Source: Bugula neritina (taxonomy: Eukaryota > Animalia > Bryozoa). From it: a stretch of DNA of 64,000 nucleotides. This document shows positions 28,544 through 39,774 of this stretch, in pieces (position 1 is the stretch's first letter; each line of letters opens with the position of its first letter). The stretch is from contig OZ037773.1 in the NCBI GenBank assembly GCA_964035545.1, forward strand, positions 5,857,751 through 5,921,750, read 5' to 3'. Under the pieces are notes generated by a model that worked only from the letters and a program-made list of their open reading frames with translations, made no database searches and was not told where the DNA came from. The translations under genes were made by a program, and so were the position numbers.

Positions 28544-31530
28544 TCAGATTGGTTGTTCAGGGTAACCAAACATTTCAATGTCAACAGAATATATTTTTTG
28601 GAGCTTCATGATTGTCTCCTGGTCTACTAACTTCCATCTGTCTAAGTAGGAAGAGAGTGTGATATTCTTCTTTTCATTTGGTCTGCGGAACTGTTTAGCT
28701 TTTGCCATCATTGCTGACACATCTTTCACATTGTATTGCTGAAGGACCACCTTGATATCTTCCCCGTAAGTCTCTGTTTTACCTGCAAATTATGTCTAAA
28801 TCCAGGGTACCAAATACAAGGCCATTTGGAAATGTTTCTTTTGTTTACACATGTACATTTATTGGTGTTTATACATTCACAGTATAGATACATAGATGTT
28901 TGTGGATGTTTAACCAACTAACCTATAAAACTGTAGCTGAGATCACAGAAAGCTCCACTGATACTTTGCGGGCGGTAGTGAGGTTCCATAGCAATAGCAC
29001 CTTTCTTTTCATACTGCTCTATTACGCAATACTTCAAGAACTGAGAATAAGTCATCGTTTTATTTTCCTTCTTCAATTTCCTGAAATACGCCATGGTTTA
29101 AAAATAGATACAAAATAGACAGACAGAAGCTGCCCTTCAAGTCCTCGAGAAGGGCAGGTAGTGTTTAAATTCAATAGCAAAAGTGGCTGAATACACATTA
29201 AAATAAATTACAACAAAGTTGGACACCCGGTGCTCCTTCTAAGGTCTAGACCAGGGCTGTCCAACTAGCGGCGCCAGGGCCGGATGCGGCCCCCCAGCCT
29301 ACATTTATGTGACCCTTTTGCAATAGATGCCATTTCTAAGAACAACAGCGCAAATCTACAGTTTTACAGGATTATTACTGTCAAGTTAAAATCTAACACT
29401 ATTACCATGGTTGCAACTTATTTTTAGTCAAGTCTGCTAGAAAACCATGTATTGGTCAGTTGATTGTGAAATTCTCAGGCTTTTCACCACAAAAAAAGTT
29501 GAATATTCACAATTGTTGTTGACTGGAGGTTTCAAACACAGCCACAGGTCAATCATCTACCTGCCACTCAGAGTTAGTGATATGACCTTGACATAATGAT
29601 ATTATGTCATGCTTGCCTATTAAAATTTACAAAATTGATGTTATTGCCATGTTTGCACAGCTTAATGTACAAGTCGGAGAAGAGGACTTTCTCAGTGTAG
29701 GTGCTGACTAGACGCTGCCAGGGGTCTCTGACGAAGGTATAGAGGAACTTTCTGGTTGGCCAGTTACTGTACCTTGGAGAGTAAGATTCCAAATCTTTTG
29801 TTTGCTTCATGAGGCTGGAAGTAACATATATAATAGAAAGTAGGTCATATGTCATAGCTGTTTACGAGAAATAGTAAATCATATGATGAGATTATCTACC
29901 TTTTAAACAAGAACCTGCACCACAAATAACTCACCCAGGTACATAATGGTGTTCATCAGGATATCCTGTTATTTTGGTGCACTTTGGTCCAATCATGATG
30001 CACACCATCCGTAAAATATTTGTAGTTCCTGTCTTGGGTATAAGTCCCCAAGACACATCACGGAATGTCAGGAAATACAGCCAACCTGCCCTCTTATAAT
30101 AACCTCCAGGGGATGTGTGATTCAAACAGTACTGCAACAAGTTATCAACTCATCACTTTTACTGATACTTTTGCTGCGGATTGTACTGAATTTCTCATTT
30201 ATTTTCCACCAAACAGTGTGAATAAGAGAGCTGGCATGGGGGAGACAAGAACTCACAGTTTTACACAGTAATCACAAATAAACTTACTCATCCATGAAAG
30301 TATGAAAACTAGGGGTTGGGATTTCAGTGGCTATATTTATATTCAGGGCATTTTAATTTTAAGAAGTCCTTCTTGTTTAGACTTTGTTTCTACTTCAACA
30401 TGACACAAGGTATTACCTGGTTGACCAGAGAAAGTCTTTCTACTTGAGTCTTCCTCACCTTTTCAAGGTCATACTGAGAGTCAGTCACACTCTGCATCCA
30501 TAGCAGGTTTTGTTCCAATACATCTACCAATAAATCAACTTCAGTAGGCAGAGTGACATGTTGAAATACCAGTTGCTGCTATGAATAATCAGAAGTTAAA
30601 TATACTTTATATTCATGAACTGTGATACAAACTATAAGCTATGACCTACCTTTGGGTAATTCATACTTACAGAAAAGTACTATGACTGCTATATGTAGGA
30701 TTTTTATCGTAGACTCAATTTTTAGTACAACACACCACTTGCTTTTGAAGGGAAAAACTAGACTGATGTATGCTTCATATTTCATAGTTATACCAGGACT
30801 GTTTTAAACTCTAGATCATTGGATAAGCTTTACTCAGTAATATAAATGTGAGGCATGTGAGTAAAAACATAGAATAGAAGTGAAAGTATATTAACACTAA
30901 ATTTGAATTGGGTATAGGAAATAGTAGTAGTTAGTTTCAAACACGTGTAAATTAGGTTAGTGAAAGTGGAAGTCAATGCAAGTTAATTATAGCCAATGGA
31001 AAAGCAGAAGGTAAGTTCACTGAGTTAACAAGCCGAGAGAAAAATCAACGGACACATCACAAACTTGAATGGTGAAGATAACCACCTGCGTTGGTTCATT
31101 TTTTCAGCTTTCAATAGCTATAATAAATAAGTGTAGTCACTGGCTGTAATTCAACAGAAATCTGTAGAAAATCTTGATCAAAGTGTTTTATATTTTAAAA
31201 TTTAGTGGGCTTAGGTTGGAAGAGCGGAGATGAAAGTAGGAGTAATCTGAGTGCCAAGTAGTAACTTTGGAGTCCGTCCAGTGAGATGCAATATATTAGT
31301 ATACATTCCTTCAAAAGGTGTAGGAAGAACTAAGGAGATCAAAGAAACTTAGAGTGAGGGGGTCAGCTACCTTTTACACCCACGTGCGGAAAAAAGCAGT
31401 TTGGACTAGAGAACTTACTGTAATTTCCGGAATTTAAGATGGGCCGAATATTTTGTCTAACATAGATTATTGTGCCAGTGATGATTAAAAAGAATGCCAA
31501 AACAGAGAGCTTTCTAATTGAAACAGCCAT
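28544..31530 (-). CDS. Carbohydrate sulfotransferase paralogue C. Exons: 31530-31419, (mini-exon 30679-30650 candidate), 30523-30417, 30131-29935, 29814-29617, 29080-28923, 28782-28544
   Basis: Signal-anchor MAVSIRKLSVLAFFLIITGTIIYV; IPKTGTTN; FVRDPWQRLVSTY; HYRPQ; conserved exon sizes 112/107/197/198/158/239. Confidence 0.88.
29218..29320. mobile_element. hAT/Charlie-like MITE termini fragments in an intron of paralogue C
   Basis: CAGGGCTGTCCAACT...GGGCCGGATGCGGCCCC preceded by a TCTAGA target-like site, with an opposing GTTGGACACCCG terminus just upstream. Confidence 0.55.
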
Positions 31531-32759
31531 AGCCTGGATCAAGCAGAAAAAAACTTCAAGTTTGAGACATTCTTCAAATCACCAAACTAATTAGCTCGCA
31601 GCTCCTCTCTTACACCTCCTGTATATCAAATCTAAAATGACAAATATCAGACTAGCAATAAACATCAAATAAATACTACTACTAGTAATATAAGTATTAC
31701 AAATACATTTTGATTTACTATTACCATCAGTAATACTATTATTACTAGGCTTAGTATTACTGCTTGGTTTATTGTAGTAATACTAAGTTTAATAGTAATA
31801 TTAATAGTAATTCATATTGAATTTGATAATCATAACCAGTATCATTATGATAATCACTTTATGATATTGATAATCAGCTTTAGTTTTGCACATTCATTTT
31901 TATTCTATAACTTATAAGTTATAAGTATGACTATGTGTAACTCAGTATGAGTATGAGTATCACTATCAGTATCAGTCATCAGATTTGTAGTATGAGCAAA
32001 ACTTAAATTATTGTCTATAAGTATAACTATAAGTACATTCACATTGAGTATTGACTTAAATTGAGTATCTACTACATTGGCATTCGCCTTCACAGTCACT
32101 CATATTGATAATGATAGTCACTATCATTATGACTATGATATTAATACACATACTGACTATTACTATCACTATGACACTGACAGTATCACTATCAGTATGA
32201 GTATGATAATTGATAATCATACTGATACTGATAGTGATACTCATAGTGTTAGCTATTAGTACTACTATTGCTATTAGTATTAGTATTACTATTATTATTA
32301 CTATTACTATTACTATTAGTATTACTATTAGCTAATAGTAATACTAATACTAATAGACTAATAAGTAATACTAATAGTAATAGTAATACTACTAATAGCA
32401 ATACTAATACTAATAGTAATACTAGTAATACTAATAGTATAAGTAATAGTAATAGTAATACTGTAATAGTAATACTAGTCTAGGACCAGTGTCTAATACT
32501 AATAGTATAACTATAGTAATACTAATACTAATACTAATAGTAATACTGTAATAGTAATACTAGTCTAGGACCAGTGTCTAATACTAATAGTATAGCTATA
32601 GTATAACTATAGGTATTAGTATAAGTATAGCTATTATTATTAACAATAACTATAACTAACTCCAAGTTACTGTTTAGGTAAATGCTTTATTATTTAAGTT
32701 TAACATTATTTATTACTTACAATTAATGAATTATGGTTACTGTTATATTAGGTTAGTTC

Positions 32760-33182
32760 TATATGCAGTAATCTGGCTCGACATCTAGTTTGATGGATAC
32801 TATCTGATTGGCTGTTTGATGCACGTGTTATTGTTGACGTCTGAGATAGTCACTGTGCCCCCAACTCAAAGTACACAGTATAATATATCGCTGCATACGC
32901 CTAAAGTGGCCATCATTGCAACCGTACTTAGTTCTGCTTCAGATTTCAAAGTTGTTTATTGCTTTAAGAGTATTATCAATTAAGTTATAGTAAGATGTTA
33001 TAGATGCTGTAATGACTTTATCATTATGATGATTGATTTGGAGAGCACGTGTACGCCATGACAGTCGAGGACATTAAAATAATCTCGTGCGCTTTTAATG
33101 AGTAAGCCAATCAGAGACGCTACCTAATCAGCCAATGAGAAAATATCCAGCTACTGGATGTCGAGCCAGATTACGGCATATA
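32760..33182. mobile_element. MITE-like element upstream of paralogue C carrying CCAAT and CACGTG motifs
   Basis: About 28-bp TIR TATATGCAGTAATCTGGCTCGACATCTAGT / ACTGGATGTCGAGCCAGATTACGGCATATA. Confidence 0.75.
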
Positions 33183-34083
33183 AAAACTTTCGTTATATTA
33201 TTTATATATTATATTATTTAAGGTTCATGTTTTAGTTGATTTAATTAGGTAGCCGTTACAAATGGCACTTCATTTCTCAGACTTTCGAAAAAGATAACAA
33301 TTCCGATAGGAATACATGCCTGACATAGTTTGTATAACAACCATTGACAGTTACTACTTATAAGTATAGTACGATGTATGATGATAATTATACGACACTT
33401 TCTTCGGCTGTTGCACTAAAAAAGTGGTTTAGGTATGACAACTCCAAAATAAAAATATATTTATGCAACTCTTCGTCATAAATGTAATGTATGTATAGCA
33501 ACATGTATATCTGACATTATATTATTTAGAAAAGACGATATAGCTTAATAGGTCGTTGCCTCAACACACTCATTCCATACGCATCTCAATGTAAAGGTTG
33601 CATGGGGTATTTAAATGCTAGAGAAGGGCTTCTGGATTGGCGGTTCTGTACCAAAGAGTTGACCTCTTAGGCCCTAGCATGTTTCTGTTTTGTATAATCT
33701 TTAGTTTTTGAAGATTCTTTTTACGTCTGAAGCATAGACAAAGAAACTGCATATATAGCATAGTTAATAGTTGTTCAGACCATAAATGCACTCATCAAAC
33801 TTCTTGCTTTGTTTGTATTCTCTCCTGAGTCAGCCTTCTGCTTGTTTTGAAAAATATAGGTTTGTCAGTCATTTCCGTGTCTGTACATGTCACATTTTCA
33901 ATAAATTAGTAAGCTCAGATTGTGCCTGATCAAACAAATACAATTTTAATATAGAGTAAAAAGCAATAATTTCATTAACGGACAACAGTGATACTACTAT
34001 ACAACCAAACGTGTATGTAATCTTGGCTCAAAGGATGTAAAATATGCACCTATCAACTAACTAACTTTATTAGAACCAAATTA

Positions 34084-36897
34084 TCAATATGGCTGCTGAC
34101 TGTAACCAAACATTTCAATGTCAACAGAATATATTTTTTGGAGCTTCATGATTGTCTCCTGATCTACTGACTTCCATCTGTCCAAGTAGAAAGAGAGTGT
34201 CATATTCTTCTTCTCATTTGGTCTGCGAAACTGTTTAGCTTTTGCCATCATTGCTGACACATCTTTCACATTGTATTGCTGGAGGACCACTTTGATATCT
34301 TCCCCATAAGTTTCTGTTTTACCTGCAAAATTGGTCAGAATCAACCAGAGATGCTAAGCATTTTTATGCAGCATTATAACATTTAAGTGCTTACTGCGGT
34401 CACAATTCACAAGCAAACATTTTTTTGGTTTTTACACCAAAATTACTTTAAGGAAAACAACAAGACTTATATCAAAGAAGCATGTTATAATTCTCAATCA
34501 TGGACAAATATGTAGACATTCTGCTTCATCACCATCAAAATTACCTAACACACTGGCTGATTAACTTTGGGACATACAAGCATACTAAAAGACCTAACAA
34601 CTCGCTTTGATGCTTGGAACATAGCTGTATTAAACAGTGGATCATAGAGATTTACAATAAAACCTATTTTTATACTTGCAAACAGGAAACGTGGTACAAT
34701 TTGTAATTCTTTCTTAGCAGTCAATCATTTATTACCAGACTAATATCACTAAAACACAATACATGGACAGTATAGATACACAAAAGCTGTGGATGAACAA
34801 CTCACTAACCTATGAAGCTGTAGCTGAGATCACAAAAAGCTCCACTGATACTTTGCGGGCGGTAGTGAGGTTCCATAGCAATAGCACCGTTCTTTTCATA
34901 CTGCTCTATTACGCAATACTTCAAGAACTGAGAATAAGTCAATGTTTTGTGTCTCTGCCTCAGCTTCCTTAAACACGCACAACATGCTTTACAAAATAGG
35001 TTTGACATACACCCATTTTCTTATGGATTGATCTCAGTTCCATTCACAAAGAATATCAAAGATTGATTTCATTTGATCTGAGATAATAGTTCCTATCGCA
35101 AGTTTAATTGGCCAAGAAAATATATGTCAGATCGATTCAATCTGAAAACTTTTTATGCTAAATAAATTAACAATAGCAAGACTACCAATAGGTAAAAAAA
35201 CAGACTAGATATGCTACTTATATATTTTTCAAACTGACATTGGTCAAAGTGATGATATATTAAAAAACGAGTTGCATTGAACACACTACTGGTCACGATA
35301 AAAATCAAATCAAATTATAGAAATTCAGTGATAACAAATAAAAACTGCACTTAAGTCCAATTTTGAAGACCAAATAGTGTTTAAATTTACATGCAAAAAG
35401 GGTTTTATATACAGTCTCATTATCTAGTACCTTAACCTAATGTGTCATGCTTGCCTGTGGAGTTGTAAAAACTTATAGTTTGCACCGTATTCACAGATCA
35501 TAATATACAAGTCGGAGAATAAGACTTTCTCAGTGTAGGTGCTGACTAGACGCTGCCAGGGATCTCTGACGAAGATATAGAGGAACTTTCTGGTTGGCCA
35601 GTTGCTGTATCCTGGAGAGTAAGAATCGAAATCTTGCATTTTTTTCATTAAACTGTAAATTTGACATAATAGAGTAAGTGACATACAGGCAGCAGCTTAT
35701 TAATTGTAACTTTTTTATACATTATGAACATACTACTTTTTTCAAGTTTTGCCAACCACAGTTTCAAGTTTTTGTTAATTTTAAATTTTTTTATAATTTA
35801 CTGTTTTTATATTTAATTCTAGATTTGCAAATTTTCAAAAAGCATATAAGATCTCAAAATTTCCAAGTGTTAGCCCATGCATATACTAAATATAATACTA
35901 ATGCATATATTTCTAACAACAATCAACTTAATAATAATAGAACACAGATGTAGTAAAATTACGTAACGATTCTAGTCCAAACATGCGCCACAAATAACTC
36001 ACCCAGGTACATAATGATGCTCATCAGGATATCCTGTTATGTTGGTACACTTTGGTCCAATCATGATGCACACCATCCGTAAAATATTTGTACTTCCTGT
36101 CTTGGGTATAAGTCCCCAAGACACATCACGGAATGTTAGGAAATACAGCCAACCTGCTCTCCTATAATAACCTCCAGGGGATGTGTGATTCAAACAGTAC
36201 TGCAACAAGTTAACAACTCATCACTTTTACTGATACTTTTGCTACTGACTTTGTTTCCAGTTCAACATAACACAAGGTAAAGCTATTACCTGGTTTACCA
36301 GAGAAAGTCTTTCCACTTGAGTCTCTCTCACCTCTTGAAGGTCATACTGAAGGTCAGTCACATTCTGCATCCATAGCAGGTTTTTGTTCAACACATCTAC
36401 CAATAAATCAACTTCAGTAGATAGAGTGACATGCTGAAATACCAGTTGCTGCTATGAATAATCAGAAGCTAAATATACTTCATATTTATGAGCTGTGATG
36501 CAAACCACAATTGCTATGACTTACCTTTAGTTAATTCATGTTTGTCCCTTTCTATAGTATTTTCTCTTATGAACCTATTCTTCAAAACTTCAAAGGCAAA
36601 CTCTAAAATTTATCAAGTGAGCTGGATGTTAAGCGGTAGTAACTTTTTCCATGACATGTAAGGCAATATATTGATTATATTTTTTAAAAAGGTTTATAAA
36701 AAAGGCCTTAAAAATCAACAAGGAGTAATATTTTCACATTAATTGTGCAAATACATATTTAAAAAATAATCAATAGAGAACTTACTGTTGCTTAAAGGGT
36801 TTTCCACAGGCTGAATGTTTTTTTCAAAATAAATGATCTTGCAAGTGATGATCAAAAAGCACACTACAACTGATGCCTTTTTAGCAAAGGCAGCCAT
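34084..36897 (-). CDS. Carbohydrate sulfotransferase paralogue D. Exons: 36897-36786, mini-exon 36551(or 36563)-36525, 36396-36290, 36199-36003, 35652-35455, 34967-34810, 34322-34084
   Basis: Signal-anchor MAAFAKKASVVVCFLIITCKIIYF; IPKTGSTN; FVRDPWQRLVSTY; HYRPQ; conserved exon sizes and phases. Confidence 0.88.
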
Positions 36898-38628
36898 GAC
36901 CTTAGTTCACTCAGGTAGACAGAGCTTAAAGCTCCTAATGGCTAAAACATTCTTCAAATAACCAAACAAACTAGCTCTTGGCCGCTCCTTCACATGTTAC
37001 TGACTGTGAATGTGAAAATATAAATCAGTTAAACTGATTCTAACATTTGATAATCCTAATTGAGATAAGTGAAGATATTAAAAGTTTAATATCGATATTT
37101 GGCCAAATAACTAATTGAACAGCCACTGCTACTGAACAAATGAAAATATTAGGCTCACTACATAATTATAATATAAGGATGACAAATATTATCATAAATA
37201 GATGCTTTCTATTGTTGTCTATTACACAAGCTAGATGGCTATTTTTATGTATAATAGCCAACTAAGAAAATCAATATGATTTGGGCGAAGGTTTTGTTTC
37301 ATCATATTCATTTTGTGTTCATCACAGCTATTGTGCTATGTTACATATACAATGCAAATAAGAATATCAATTATGTTCATCATACAGGCTATATGTAATT
37401 AGTGTTGACAAGCACTGATGCAGCTTTAAGTTGTTATATGCTGAGGCCACAACAGAATTTAAATCCCTGCTCAAAATGATTTTGTCTCATGAAATATTCT
37501 GCAAGAAAAAGTGAGTTAAAAATTATTAAAAAAATTATACTAAACTTGTGTTTTTATTGATTCACAAACTGCAAGCGTGAGCCGTTTTAGGGCATAATCT
37601 AGAACTATATATTATATACTGTAGTTTTGATATCGAAGTTTTTTTTCTACAAATTATATTTTATTATATATATTCTATTTCAAATATACATGGTTGTCAT
37701 GCAAGTGTTTGAGCCAGTGTAAGAAGGAAATGCTGCTTTTGAAATAAGCAAGATGCATAATAGAAACCTATAAAAACATTAAACTAACATTGTATTGCAA
37801 AATTAATAAGTGCAATCTAGTACAGTTGTATCTTAGCTAAATGAATTAAAAAATTAAAAACACATTTTCACCAACACTTTAAGGGTGGATCAACCATTTA
37901 AACAGTGACAGTAGGCCTGCAAAATACTGTTTTCTATGAAGTTTACTTTCATTAAAGTTTGAATGTAGAGAAGGCATTTGTTTATCTACCGATTATGTTC
38001 AACCAAAATTTTAACCACCAATTAACCATTTAGCTCCAACCACTTTTTTGACAAGCCAGCCCAATGTTAGGTGGTGGGTTTGTAAAAAATTGTTACCATA
38101 AGGAAATCTAACTAATATGGATAATATTTTGAGCTTATCAATTGCTATGCAAAATATTTCCTGTAATTAGCCATATCCTGTTGTCCTGGTAGCATGTTAC
38201 ATAGTTACATGTAGTAAAAAGCATATTTCATAAACACTGTTTTATTGCATAATGTGTGACTCATTATAATTTCATAATAATGTATGGAACATAATACCAT
38301 CTATTTCAATCAAAAATACATTTTACTTATAGGCAGATGTTGTATCTGAATTAATGTTGATGAGCAAAATTTATACATGAACAACTTAGTTAAAGTAGAT
38401 GGAAACATGCTATTTAAACAAATGATTAATTTACTCCATGGCAGCTATAGGTTGTTAGTATAGTCAGTCTTGATACAACTGACAGGTGACAGGTGAGTCA
38501 GTGTGCTTGCAGTTGAATGAGGCAGGAGTCAACAAGTGTGACAGCCTAATGGCAGGTGGTGACACATGAGATACACATGTTGCTGACAGATATCATCAGG
38601 TGAAAACAAGTGCCCAACCTGCTCTACA

Positions 38629-39742
38629 ATGACAAGAACACATAGACTAATTCTGGCTGCTAGCCTTATTTTTGTGTCAAGTATTTTAATCTGGGATTTT
38701 AAACAGTCAGAGAGGTAAGAATATTGAGCCATTTTATATTCTAATGCTGATGAAATCTTGATCAGTGAAAATTAAACTAAAAGTGAAAAACTTATTAATA
38801 GGGCATTGCACTATTACATATATTGTGTAAAATGTGTGACATATATTATGTTATATAATTTTGTAATTATAAAGTCAAATATGATAGTGGCCTTTTCAAA
38901 ACTTTTAAATTTTTGTTAAAAGTTTTTTTATCCATGTGATAATCGCAAATAAAATTAAATATATTATAGTGAGTTTAATTTCTGACTACCACATGGGTAT
39001 GTATAATGCGTTCATATTCAAATTCATTTAAATAACTTTGCCTGTACTGTTAGAGCTACCATAGCGAAATGCTCAAATTCATGTTAAGTTTTAACAACTA
39101 AGATTCTCTTTTTAAAGAATGGCTGCTATTAGCACAGCTGTTGTGAGACATGAGTTGAACAGAAGCCGAAATCCAAACAAGACAGATGATGGAAGCCATG
39201 CCCCGAGGTATGTTTATTGAACTGATCCTATTTGGACATAGTATTAAGTAAATCAGAAACAAGACAGATGATGGAAGCCATGCCCCGAGGTATGTTTATT
39301 GAACTGATCTTATTTGGACATAGTATTAAGTAAATCAGAAACAAGACAGATGATGGAAGCCATGACCCGAGGTATGTTTATTGAACTGATCCTATTTGGA
39401 CATAGTATATTAAGTAAATCAGAAACAAGCTCATGGCCTTATATAAACTACTTAATGTTATTTAAGGTTAATTAGAAAAAAAAATTTTTGTGCAAATTAT
39501 CGGAATCAATTATAACATATCATGCTTTTCAGTTGCTACAAAAATTAATAATTTATAGTTTGAAGTTACAGCTAGTAGTCTAACTACAGATGCTAATTCA
39601 ATTATAATCAGATAAAAGCAATATAAATACTTGCTGTGTGTGAGTGTGAGTGTGAGTGTGAGTGTGAGTGTGAGTGTGAGTGTGAGCGTGAGCGTGTGTG
39701 TGCATGTGTGCATGTGTGTGTGCGCGTGTGTGTGTGCGTGCG

Positions 39743-39774
<32 letters not shown>

